Positions 8,896 to 17,019 of a DNA stretch of 64,000 bases are shown here, in pieces. How positions within the stretch are numbered: the first letter of the stretch is position 1; each line of letters begins with the position of its first letter. Source of the stretch: Candidatus Multivoradales bacterium (GTDB lineage: Bacteria > Acidobacteriota > Thermoanaerobaculia > Multivoradales > Multivoraceae); NCBI GenBank assembly GCA_965223325.1, contig CBDCWI010000002.1:3808001-3872000 (forward strand). The letters are read 5' to 3'. The position numbers were made by a program, and so were the translations under genes. A model generated the notes under the pieces. That model was not told the origin of the DNA. It ran no database searches and saw only the letters and a program-made list of their open reading frames with translations.

Positions 8896-8978
8896 GCACA
8901 ACAATCGAATGCACTGGATGGGAACCCGCGCTCGCTTCGCTCGCTCGGGCTCCCACCAGTGATTCTTGTCCGTTATGC
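8896..8978 (+). repeat. attC site
   Basis: GCACAAC...GTTATGC. Confidence 0.9.
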
Positions 8979-8981
8979 AGC

Positions 8982-9011
8982 TTGACGGAGCCATGTCAAA
9001 TTTGACATAGT
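8982..9011 (+). promoter_or_regulatory. TA cassette promoter with palindromic operator
   Basis: TTGACG-N18-CATAGT overlapping the perfect palindrome ATGTCAAATTTGACAT (8993-9008). Confidence 0.75.
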
Positions 9012-9017
9012 TGCTGG

Positions 9018-9356
9018 GTGGCTGCGTCAGACAAGCCGCTCGTGTGGCTTCACGCCGAGGTCAAGACCCCACCGTTTTCAGCTGCTGCAAGGCTCGAGGC
9101 CGGGGTTCTTCTCCGGCGCCTTCAGAAGGGCGAGAGCATCGGCATGCCCCATTCGCGGCCGATGCCCAGCATCGGGAAGCGCTGCCACGAGCTACGCATC
9201 AACGACGGCGAGAACACCTGGCGGATCGTCCACCGCCGCGATCCGGACGCAATCGTGATCGTTGAGGTCTTCGCGAAGAAGACCCAGAAGACACCGAAGT
9301 CGGTCATCGAAGCCAGCAAAGATCGTCTGCGGCGATACGACGAAGCATCGAGGTAA
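9018..9356 (+). CDS. RelE/HigB-like (Gp49-type) toxin
   Basis: MPHSRPMPSIGKRCHELRI...FAKKTQKTP; lies upstream of an HTH antitoxin. Confidence 0.9.
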   Translation: MAASDKPLVWLHAEVKTPPFSAAARLEAGVLLRRLQKGESIGMPHSRPMPSIGKRCHELRINDGENTWRIVHRRDPDAIVIVEVFAKKTQKTPKSVIEASKDRLRRYDEASR

Positions 9357-9363
9357 CGCAACC

Positions 9364-9684
9364 ATGAAGAAGAGCAAAGAGAAGAAGCTGAAGAGGGCGG
9401 GCTGGAAGGTTGGTTCCACCAAGGACTTCCTCGAGCTCACTCCCGAAGAGGAAGCCCTTGTCGAGATCCGACTTCGGCTTGCCCAGTGCGTTCGCGAGTT
9501 GCGCCGGGATATGAACCTTACTCAGCAGTCGGTTGCGAATCTCATCGGTTCGAGCCAGTCCAGGGTCGCGAAGATGGAAAAGGCCGACCCCTCGGTGAGC
9601 CTCGACCTGATGGTTCGGTCGCTTGTGGCTCTCGGGAAGTCTCGCAAGGACGTTGGGCGTGTCATTGCTGCAGACGCTGCATAA
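9364..9684 (+). CDS. XRE-family HTH antitoxin (HigA-like)
   Basis: LTQQSVANLIGSSQSRVAKME HTH. Confidence 0.9.
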   Translation: MKKSKEKKLKRAGWKVGSTKDFLELTPEEEALVEIRLRLAQCVRELRRDMNLTQQSVANLIGSSQSRVAKMEKADPSVSLDLMVRSLVALGKSRKDVGRVIAADAA

Positions 9685-9764
9685 CAACACGTTGCAGCAG
9701 ACGCGAACCCTCTCACTCGCTGCGCTCGCTCCGGGTTCGCGCAGCTGAACTTAATCCGTTCGGC
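9679..9764 (+). repeat. attC site
   Basis: GCATAAC...GTTCGGC. Confidence 0.9.
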
Positions 9765-9803
9765 TACATGTCGCGAGCACAGACTCTTCGGTAGAATCGG
9801 ATG

Positions 9804-10019
9804 ATGAAGATCGTCAAAGGAACCGTCGTTGATGGCCGGGTCGAGGTTGTAGGCGAACGGCTCGAAGATGGGCAGTCGGTGACCGTCCTGGTCGGCCAAG
9901 GCGAGGAATCGTTCACGTTGCCCGCCCACCAGGTCGCCGAGCTGCAAGCCGCGCTCGACGAATCAGCTCGAGGCGAGGTCGTAGACGGCTGGGAGCTTCT
10001 CGAAGATCTGCGGGCCTGA
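9804..10019 (+). CDS. Putative antitoxin
   Basis: Small acidic protein upstream of a ParE toxin; paralog of 15315-15539. Confidence 0.75.
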   Translation: MKIVKGTVVDGRVEVVGERLEDGQSVTVLVGQGEESFTLPAHQVAELQAALDESARGEVVDGWELLEDLRA

Positions 10020-10022
10020 GTC

Positions 10023-10319
10023 TTGCGGCTGGTCGTCCTTCGGTCTGCCGAGACGCAGATCCGTGAGGCGAGTGAGTGGTGGTACGAGAATCGGGAAGGT
10101 GCCGATGGAGTCTTTCGCAGCGAACTGTCGCGGGCGTTCCGTCTCGTTCTCCGCTTCCCACGCTCGGGCGCGCTGGCCACTCATGCCGAGCTCCCTGGTG
10201 TTCGCCGAATCCTCATGCCTCGAACGAGCTACTACCTCTACTACCACCTTGTTGATGAGCACACCGTCGAAGTCCTCGCTCTCTGGCACACGAGCCGCGG
10301 AGAAGAGGCTCCAGTGTGA
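10023..10319 (+). CDS. RelE/ParE family toxin
   Basis: FPRSG...VRRILM...YYLYY...VEVLALWHTSR. Confidence 0.88.
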   Translation: MRLVVLRSAETQIREASEWWYENREGADGVFRSELSRAFRLVLRFPRSGALATHAELPGVRRILMPRTSYYLYYHLVDEHTVEVLALWHTSRGEEAPV

Positions 10320-10324
10320 GGGCA

Positions 10325-10409
10325 GCCGAACAACTGGCCGCAGCAGACACGAACCCTGGGCTCGCTGCACTCGCTCAGGCTTCGTGCAGCTGAGCCTTGT
10401 CCGTTCGGC
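10325..10409 (+). repeat. attC site
   Basis: GCCGAAC...GTTCGGC. Confidence 0.9.
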
Positions 10410-10458
10410 GGCTCCTCGCGCGCCCGAGCTGCTTCTCGGCCGCTGCTAGAATCGAACG

Positions 10459-10733
10459 GTGAGGTTCCTTTGGGATCACGAGAAGGCGACATCCAACGCC
10501 GAGAAGCACGGAGTCACCTTCGCGGAGGCCTCGACCGTGTTCGGCGACTGTTGGCTTGGACGTTTCCCGACCCCGACCATTCCGAAGTCGAGCAGCGGTA
10601 CATCACGATTGGCGCGTCGGGAGCCGGCCGGCTCCTCGTCGTTTCCCACGTCGAACTCGAAGACGACGCTCTCCGCCTGATCAGTGCCCGGCAAACCACG
10701 CGTAAAGAACGAATGGACTATGAAGAAGGATAA
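10459..10733 (+). pseudogene. brnT: BrnT family toxin, frameshifted near 10548
   Basis: WDHEKATSNAEKHGVTF in one frame; DPDHS...RLISAR in another. Confidence 0.85.
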
Positions 10734-10950
10734 GGCAGAAGACATGCGAGCGGAGTACGACTTTTCCACGATGGCCGGCGGTGTTCGCGGAAAGTACCGG
10801 AAAGCCTTCCTAGAGGGTACGAACGTCGTGCTTCTTGAGCCCGACGTGGCCAAGGCCTTTCCAAGCGCTGCCGCCGTGAACGAGGCACTCCGGAAACTCA
10901 TCGCAAACACCGACGAGCCGTCGGTGCCTGCAAAGGCCGAGAAGAGCTGA
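10720..10950 (+). CDS. BrnA-like antitoxin
   Basis: MRAEYDFS...GVRGKY...VLLEPDVAKAFP...VNEALR; overlaps the brnT stop. Confidence 0.8.
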   Translation: MKKDKAEDMRAEYDFSTMAGGVRGKYRKAFLEGTNVVLLEPDVAKAFPSAAAVNEALRKLIANTDEPSVPAKAEKS

Positions 10951-10968
10951 CTCAGTCCGCATCCCGCC

Positions 10969-11053
10969 GCCGAACAAAACGTTCCAGCAGACACGAACCC
11001 CGGGCTCGCTGCGCTCGCTCGGGCTTCGTGCAGCTAAGCCTCGTCCGTTCTGC
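10969..11053 (+). repeat. attC site
   Basis: GCCGAAC...GTTCTGC. Confidence 0.9.
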
Positions 11054-11068
11054 GGCGTAGGATGAGGC

Positions 11069-11337
11069 ATGCCGGAGCTGTCCCGATTCTTCGGAATCAT
11101 CATTCGCATGTTCGCCGAAGCGGGCGAGTCGCACCACCTTCCGCACTTTCACGCTTACTACCAGATCATGCAGGCGTTTACGCGATCGGCGACATCGAGT
11201 GCATCGCCGGAGGCCTTCCACGCCGGCAAGACCGACTTGTGCTGGCATGGGCTGAGCTGCACCAGGAGGAACTGCAGGCGGCGTGGGAAGTGCTTCAGAC
11301 CGGCCGCGCACCGGGACGTATCGAGCCGCTAGAATAG
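11069..11337 (+). pseudogene. DUF4160 putative toxin, frameshifted near 11164
   Basis: MPELSRFFGIIIRM...HHLPHFHAYY, then WAELHQEEL...IEPLE in another frame. Confidence 0.85.
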
Positions 11338-11345
11338 AGAGTGCC

Positions 11346-11642
11346 ATGCAACACGAACTCCACAGGGTCACGTCCTTCGCGATCATCGGGGATACCTCTC
11401 TCCGTGTCGTCTTCGACGACGGCTCGGAGCAGGAGATCGAGTTCTCACCCGTGCTTCACGGCGAGATCTACGGGCCGCTCGCGGATCCAGCGTTCTTCGC
11501 GCAGGTCCGCCTGGACGAAGAGGTTCACACGCTCGTCTGGCCCAACGGCGCTGACTTCGACCCTGCGACACTTCACAACTGGCCAAGTGTCGCCGCAGCG
11601 ATGGCCGAACTGGCGGAGTCCTGGGTTGCCGTGCCCAGCTGA
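11346..11642 (+). CDS. DUF2442 putative antitoxin
   Basis: LRVVFDDG...FAQVRLD...TLVWPNGADFDP. Confidence 0.88.
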   Translation: MQHELHRVTSFAIIGDTSLRVVFDDGSEQEIEFSPVLHGEIYGPLADPAFFAQVRLDEEVHTLVWPNGADFDPATLHNWPSVAAAMAELAESWVAVPS

Positions 11643-11653
11643 GCCGACACGCC

Positions 11654-11738
11654 GCAGAACAATCGGCTCCAGCAGACACGAACCCTTGGCTCGCTGCGCT
11701 CGCCCAGGCTTCGTGCTGCTCACCCTTGTCCGTTCGGC
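11654..11738 (+). repeat. attC site
   Basis: GCAGAAC...GTTCGGC. Confidence 0.9.
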
Positions 11739-11766
11739 GGCACGGGCCGCGCCCTAGAATGTCGTC

Positions 11767-12001
11767 GTGTACTTCGAGATTCTCGGCGAGATCAGCGCGG
11801 TCGAAGTCATCGCGGTTGGCAACTCCATCCGCGAGCTCGAACGGCTCGTGGAGGCCCACGGCGATGGGCGTTGGCGCAAACTGAAAGGCGTCGTTAACAG
11901 TCCGCCTTCACGACGAGTCTGTGTGCACTGCTGAGATACACTGGTACGAGGCTCACGGCATTGGACGTCGTGAGTTCAAGCTCAAACGCATCCTCCGCTA
12001 G
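11767..12001 (+). pseudogene. Small basic protein of an unnamed TA-like pair, frameshifted near 11896
   Basis: Manual translation MYFEILGEISAVEVIAVGNSIRELERL...GRWRKLKG / TVRL...AEIHWYEAHGIGRREFKLKR; homologous to 17020-17223. Confidence 0.75.
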
Positions 12002-12004
12002 CCC

Positions 12005-12226
12005 ATGGAAACCGTCACCTACGTGCTCTGCGTGAACCGCGACGGCTACGAGGCGTCGCTAGAAACACGCAAGATCTACCGGTCCTTACCGGACCTTGAA
12101 GCGTCTCAGCGCTCGCTTATCAGGGTGATCGACGAGTCGGGTGAGGACTACCTTTTCCCGGTGAGCTTCTTCGTACCGATCGAGGTCCCCGAAGCCGCCC
12201 GGGAGGCCTTCGCAGAAGCGTCGTAG
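12005..12226 (+). CDS. Small acidic protein of an unnamed TA-like pair
   Basis: CVNRDGYEASLETRKIY...RVIDESGEDYLFP; paralog at 17228. Confidence 0.85.
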   Translation: METVTYVLCVNRDGYEASLETRKIYRSLPDLEASQRSLIRVIDESGEDYLFPVSFFVPIEVPEAAREAFAEAS

Positions 12227-12264
12227 GTGTGCCGCCGAACACCTATGAGGTCCCCTGACGTCAA

Positions 12265-12720
12265 GCGGCAAACGTCTCTTAGCGGACGCGGTCCGTAACG
12301 GTTTTCGATCAGGTTTCGATATCTGACTTTGGTTTCAGAGTGGGTGCGAGGCGAAGCCTCTGCACCAAACACCTATTGGGCCTCTGCCCTCGCTTTCGCG
12401 ACGACTGCTGGCCTAGGCCAGCGGACCAGAAACACATCGGTGCCCTCGTACCGTCCGATTCAAACCGTGCTGGTCACGCCCGGGAGCGCGCCGGAGTTGG
12501 TTGCCTGGCTCGGGTGAGGGGCAGAGGTCGAGATCGACCGAATGCTGGAAGGTGAGTGGGAAGCCCCGTCGATTCAACCGGTCTGGCTGCCGGCTCTTTG
12601 TGTCTCAGGGCGCGTTGGGTGTCGATGCACCAGGAGCGGGTACTCCGATGAAGCGCCAAGGATGAGATCGGGCCGTGTGGCTCCAGTTAGGCGGAGGGCT
12701 CGAGGCTTCCGACTCGGAGA
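12265..12720 (-). ncRNA. Candidate bridge RNA / seekRNA in the IS 3' non-coding end
   Basis: Non-coding and hairpin-rich; core nearly invariant between IS copies; contains a copy of the donor-end sequence. Boundaries unknown. Confidence 0.7.
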
Positions 12721-13761
12721 TCAGGCGTTCATGAAGGTCGGGAGGTGGAAGGCTTGGTTGTTCTTGAGCATGAAGTAGACGGCGCGGCCCAGCTTGTGGC
12801 GGAGTCACGGCGTAGGCCTTGGTCTTGCCGTGCTTGCGCTTGAGGCGCTCGAGGAGTTTCTTGCCGTGATCCTGGCGCTGGGCGAAGAGCACGGCGGCTT
12901 CGGAGAAGGCCCACTTGAGGTGATGGTTGCCGATCTTGTGGCGACCGCTTCAGGTCCGCTTGCCCGCGGACTCGCGCTGTGGGCGGATCAGCCGGGCATA
13001 GCAAAGTGCTGCACGGTCGGAAATCGCGAGATGTCTTCGATCTCGTACAGCATCGTCATGCCGAGGATGGGACCGACGCCGGGGATCGACGTGAGGCGCG
13101 AGAGCACGGTGGGATCGTGGTCTTTGGCGAGTTCGCGGAGGTACTTCTCGACATCGGAGATGACCTCGTCGAAGGCCGCAATGAGCCGCTGGTTGGCGTC
13201 GATACTTTTCTTCGCTGACGGATCATCGAAGTGATGGAGGAGATCCGTGCGGTCCGACGGCCTGGCGATCCTGCCGAGGGTGGCGTCGCAGTTGTACTGA
13301 GTGTTCGAGGTGCGGATGTGGACGAAGAGCTCGGCGCGCTTGCGTGTGAAGTACTGGCGCCTGCGCAGGAGATCTCTCGCGGCTCTCATCTTCTTGGGAT
13401 AGGTGTAGGCCATTGGAAAGGTCCCGCCTCGCAGGAGGGCGGCGAGCTTGTAGGAATCGACCTTGTCGTTCTTGGCCTTGGCGCCATGGATTGCGCTCAT
13501 ATAGAGGGCATGGCCGAGGACGAATTCGATTCCCTCCTCGGCGCAGAGGTCGGCGAGCCAGTACCAGGAGAACATGCACTCGACACCCACGACCAGATCG
13601 TCTCGGAAGGGTTCGATGGCCTCGAGGAAGGCATCAGGCCGAGCGGGGACGTTTCGGTGATAGATCTTCTCGCCGTCCTCGTCGAGGACGCAGAGGTACA
13701 TCTTGCGAGCATGCAGATCGACACCGCAGGTGTGGCGATGACGGCGGTTGTAGAATCGCAT
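12721..13761 (-). pseudogene. IS110 family transposase, frameshifted
   Basis: DEDD motifs GVDLH, VGVEC, KNDKVDS; frameshift near 13000 and further lesions relative to copy 2. Confidence 0.9.
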
Positions 13762-13843
13762 CGAGGTCTCCTTGAAAAGAGTTTCTGTTTTACCGCTCGG
13801 AAGCTACCGCGTGGGTAGCTCGCCAGGGGACCTCAATGATCTT

Positions 13844-13922
13844 CAACCAGCTCCACAACGACCGGAACCCTCAGCCGCTTCGCGGCCTCCGGGTTCCGGC
13901 GTGTGAGCTTCGTCCGTTCGAC
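13844..13922 (+). repeat. attC site, right part after IS copy 1
   Basis: Nearly identical to attC 4487-4571 from CAACCAGC onward. Confidence 0.9.
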
Positions 13923-13925
13923 AGC

Positions 13926-13954
13926 TTGAGGCGCCACTACAAAGTAGTTACAAT
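13926..13954 (+). promoter_or_regulatory. TA cassette promoter with operator dyads
   Basis: TTGAGG-N17-TACAAT; tandem dyads ACTACAAAGTAGT and TTACAATGTAG. Confidence 0.75.
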
Positions 13955-13960
13955 GTAGCT

Positions 13961-14257
13961 GTGGCTGAGCTTCGGTTCGAGTGGGATGAATCCAAGGCGT
14001 CCTCCGACCAGAGGAAGCACGGCGTCTCCTTCGATGAGGCGTCGACGGTGTTCTTCGATGAGCACGGCCTGTTCATGGCCGATCCGGCTCACTCGGAGGA
14101 GGAAGATCGCTTCTTCATCCTCGGTCTCAGCCAGTCCCTGAGGCTTCTCGTGGTCTGTCACTGCTACCGCGAGAGCGAAGATCTCATACGTCTCATCAGC
14201 GCCCGCAAGGCGGACCGGTCTGAACGGCGCCAGTACAACCAACGGCTACCCAGATGA
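13961..14257 (+). CDS. brnT: BrnT family toxin
   Basis: FEWDESK...KHGVSFDEA...HSEEEDRF...IRLISARKA. Confidence 0.92.
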   Translation: MAELRFEWDESKASSDQRKHGVSFDEASTVFFDEHGLFMADPAHSEEEDRFFILGLSQSLRLLVVCHCYRESEDLIRLISARKADRSERRQYNQRLPR

Positions 14258-14472
14258 AGAAGAACTACGACTTCTCCAAGGCCAAGAAGAACCCTTTCGC
14301 CAAACGCCTCAAGAGGCAGATCACGATTCGGATCGACGGTGGCACTCTCGAGTACTTCCGCCAGCTATCGGACGAGCTAGGTATTCCGTACCAGACCCTG
14401 ATCAACCTCTACCTCGGCGAATGTGCGAGGGACGAGAAGCGACCGTCGCTGAAGTGGGAAGCTACGGCGTGA
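14254..14472 (+). CDS. BrnA/CopG-like antitoxin
   Basis: YDFSKAKKNPFAKRLKRQITIRI...GIPYQTLINLYL; ATGA overlap. Confidence 0.9.
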   Translation: MKKNYDFSKAKKNPFAKRLKRQITIRIDGGTLEYFRQLSDELGIPYQTLINLYLGECARDEKRPSLKWEATA

Positions 14473-14479
14473 CCAGGCT

Positions 14480-14553
14480 GTCGAACAACCACGTGCACTG
14501 GACACGAACCCGCGCTCGCTCGGGTCCGTGCCAGTGAGGTTCGTCCGTTGGGC
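14480..14553 (+). repeat. attC site
   Basis: GTCGAAC...GTTGGGC. Confidence 0.88.
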
Positions 14554-14575
14554 AGCCGGAGTGGGCCACGCGCGC

Positions 14576-14613
14576 ATAAGCCGTTGACTTAGTAGGTCAT
14601 TGGCTTATATGAT
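14576..14613 (+). promoter_or_regulatory. TA cassette promoter with operator dyads
   Basis: TTGACT-N18-TATGAT; inverted repeat ATAAGCC...GGCTTAT. Confidence 0.7.
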
Positions 14614-14619
14614 CTTGGA

Positions 14620-14909
14620 GTGCTGTACGAGTGGGACGACGAGAAGAACCTCGCGAACCAGCGCTCGCACGGCATCTCGTTCGAGGAGGCCACAGACCTC
14701 TTCGAGTCAGGCGTCGAGTACCTCGTGATCTTCGACGCGGATCACTCGGTCGACGAGGATCGCTTCATCGCCATCGGCCCGATCCAGCGCGGCATCATCC
14801 TGGTCGTGTGGACGGAGCGTGACGAGGATGTGGTGAGAATCATCAGCGCCCGCCGGCAACCCGCCATGAGGCAGAGCGCTACCAGGAACGAATGCGAGAC
14901 GGGACATGA
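14620..14909 (+). pseudogene. brnT: BrnT family toxin, frameshifted near 14856
   Basis: YEWDDEKNLANQRSHGISFEEA...RIISARR. Adding one G restores ATRHEAERY and a stop overlapping the next ATG. Confidence 0.8.
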
Positions 14910-15193
14910 ACATCCAGGAACTCTCGGAGGCGCAGTTCAAGTCTGCGATCCCCGCTTCACAACGCCGACGACTCATGAAGGGCAAGTTCGAGAGCGGGGC
15001 CGACGTTTCAGCCCTTCGGCGTTTCGTGGGCCTTTCTCAGGTTCGCTTTTCTCGGGCCCTGGGCATCAGTGTGCACACGCTCCGCAACTGGGAACAGGAC
15101 CGGCGCAAACCAGAGGGCCCGGCGCTGGCCCTGCTTCGCATCGCCGCTCGTCATCCGAGAATCATTCGCGAGAACGTCGAAGAGGCAGCGTGA
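14906..15193 (+). CDS. XRE-family HTH antitoxin
   Basis: LSQVRFSRALGISVHTLRNWEQDRRKPEGPA. Confidence 0.9.
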   Translation: MNIQELSEAQFKSAIPASQRRRLMKGKFESGADVSALRRFVGLSQVRFSRALGISVHTLRNWEQDRRKPEGPALALLRIAARHPRIIRENVEEAA

Positions 15194-15201
15194 GGCCGGC
15201 T

Positions 15202-15284
15202 GCCCAACACGCGGCTCCACGCGACTCGTACCCGTGCTCGCTTCGCTCGCTCGGGAAGTCGCCTGTGATGAAAGTCCGTTCGGC
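15202..15284 (+). repeat. attC site
   Basis: GCCCAAC...GTTCGGC. Confidence 0.88.
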
Positions 15285-15314
15285 GGCATCCGGCCCTGCT
15301 GGTAGAATTGCGAC

Positions 15315-15539
15315 ATGAAGTTGGTCACCGGTACTGTCGTCGATGGCAAGGTCACCCTCCCTGAAGGCGTGTTCGAAGAAGGAAGCGCCGTCGCCGTACT
15401 CGGCGGCGATCCAGCTGAGTCTGTTCCGCTCACTGCAGCCGAGGAAGCAGGGCTCAGCGAGTCGCTAAAGGACATTCGCGAGGGGCGCTACGTCGAGGGT
15501 TCCGATCTCGTCGCTCGCCTCAAGTCTCGCGGTCGTTGA
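15315..15539 (+). CDS. Putative antitoxin
   Basis: Paralog of 9804-10019; overlaps the toxin start. Confidence 0.78.
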   Translation: MKLVTGTVVDGKVTLPEGVFEEGSAVAVLGGDPAESVPLTAAEEAGLSESLKDIREGRYVEGSDLVARLKSRGR

Positions 15540-15841
15540 GCTTCCGGCTCATCGTCGCAGCCCGAGCGGAAGCGCAGATCGAAGCTGCGGCCGAGTGGTG
15601 GTTCGAGAACCGTCCAGGTGCACCGGTCCTGCTCTCGGAAGAAGTGGAGCGAGCGTTCCTCACCATAAGTCGCTTCCCGAGTGCTGGCGAGGCGATAGGC
15701 CACCGGCGCATTGCCGGCCTTCACCGGATTCTTCTCTCTCGGATCTCGTATCACCTGTACTACTCAGTGAACGATGCCGAGGCCACCGTCGAAGTGCTTG
15801 CGATGTGGCACACCAGCAGACGGAGAGGCCCTGCGCTGTGA
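15536..15841 (+). CDS. RelE/ParE family toxin
   Basis: Paralog of 10023-10319; YHLYY...VEVLAMWHTSR. Confidence 0.88.
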   Translation: MSFRLIVAARAEAQIEAAAEWWFENRPGAPVLLSEEVERAFLTISRFPSAGEAIGHRRIAGLHRILLSRISYHLYYSVNDAEATVEVLAMWHTSRRRGPAL

Positions 15842-15847
15842 CACGCC

Positions 15848-15932
15848 GCCGAACAACGTGTTCCAGCAGAAGCGAACCCTGGGCTCGCTACGCTCGCTCA
15901 GGTCTCTCGCTGCTGCACTTGGTCCGTTATGC
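15848..15932 (+). repeat. attC site
   Basis: GCCGAAC...GTTATGC. Confidence 0.88.
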
Positions 15933-15959
15933 GGCTCGAGCGCCGATGGGGTACGACAA

Positions 15960-16934
15960 ATGATTGCGAATCTCGAGCACCGGCGGAAGCAGGTCTTAGA
16001 GACGGTACGAGCGCTGGTTATCACTAGCTGCGTTTGTTCGCTGACAGCGTTGCTTCTTGGTGCGCAGGCCTGCAAATCACAACCGGATCAGCGACCAAGG
16101 TCAGCCGAGTCGCCGCATGAACGGCAGGTCGATCTATTGAATGTTCGTTGGATGCACGGTGCTCAAGACTGTGACGCTGTACGGACAGATCCTGAATACA
16201 TTGAATGGCAGCAAGTTCGGTATCAGGTCAACACGTACATATTCCGTCAGAACAAGTGCTCAAACTACGAGGCGCCTTTCGTGTATCTACTCATAGGCAC
16301 AGATAGGGCACTGCTGATAGACACTGGCGCAACCATCGAAGGCGGTGCGAGTCTGCTCGGTACAGTCAGAGATGTTACCGACGCGCCGCTGATCGTCGCA
16401 CACTCTCATGGTCACGGGGATCATACGCAAGGTGACGGCGCCTTCTCGAGCGCAGAAAACGCCGCGGTCGTAGGCTTAGGGGCGGAGGCCGTGCAGGAGT
16501 TCTTCGGATTCGAGAATTGGCCAAATGATCCAGCTCATCTTGAGCTAGGCAATCGAAGGATAGAACTCTTGCCGATCCCTGGCCACAAAGATGATGACGT
16601 AGCCCTTTATGATCCGACATCGCTGTTCCTGATAACGGGCGACACGTTGTATCCAGGTCGATTGTACGTCGGCGACTGGGGGGACTTTCGTGCCAGCATC
16701 GCAAGGCTGAACGAGTGGATAGATAACAAACCCGTTGCGTACATCATGGGCACTCATATCGAGATGACTGCAACGCCAGACGTCGACTATCCAATTGGAA
16801 CCACTTATCAACCGAATGAGCGCCATTTACCCCTTTCGACTTCTGACATTGCGGTACTACATGAAACTCTCGTCACCATGGAAGTCCCCGAGAGGACATA
16901 TTTGGGCAGTTTCGTTCTCTGGCCTCGCCAATAG
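15960..16934 (+). CDS. MBL-fold metallo-hydrolase, possibly a lipoprotein
   Basis: LIDTG, HSHGHGDH, PGH and TGD motifs. Confidence 0.9.
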   Translation: MIANLEHRRKQVLETVRALVITSCVCSLTALLLGAQACKSQPDQRPRSAESPHERQVDLLNVRWMHGAQDCDAVRTDPEYIEWQQVRYQVNTYIFRQNKCSNYEAPFVYLLIGTDRALLIDTGATIEGGASLLGTVRDVTDAPLIVAHSHGHGDHTQGDGAFSSAENAAVVGLGAEAVQEFFGFENWPNDPAHLELGNRRIELLPIPGHKDDDVALYDPTSLFLITGDTLYPGRLYVGDWGDFRASIARLNEWIDNKPVAYIMGTHIEMTATPDVDYPIGTTYQPNERHLPLSTSDIAVLHETLVTMEVPERTYLGSFVLWPRQ

Positions 16935-16970
16935 ATGGCAGCAGGTTCGGAACCGGAACGTTGGAATATG

Positions 16971-17018
16971 TTCTCGCCGTCCTCGTCGAGGACGCAGAGG
17001 TACATCTTGCGAGTATGC
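16971..17018 (-). mobile_element. Short IS110 transposase fragment
   Basis: Matches 13667-13714 (encodes MYLCVLDEDGE). Confidence 0.85.
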
Positions 17019-17019
17019 T

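Larger units (their letters stand above)
12242..13843 (-). mobile_element. IS110-family (IS1111-type) element inserted in attC, copy 1
   Basis: Subterminal IRs TGAGGTCCCCTG (12246-12257) and CAGGGGACCTCA (13824-13835). CA flanks both sides. The element splits one attC into 12234-12241 and 13844-13922. Confidence 0.92.

Noticed and set aside
12329-12778. Short ORFs in the IS non-coding end (also 17978-18458)
   Set aside because: They are antisense to the transposase with no recognisable motifs. Their conservation is better explained by RNA structure.
14620-15318. 232-aa BrnT fusion ORF
   Set aside because: It results from a frameshift; the extension overlaps the real HTH gene out of frame.
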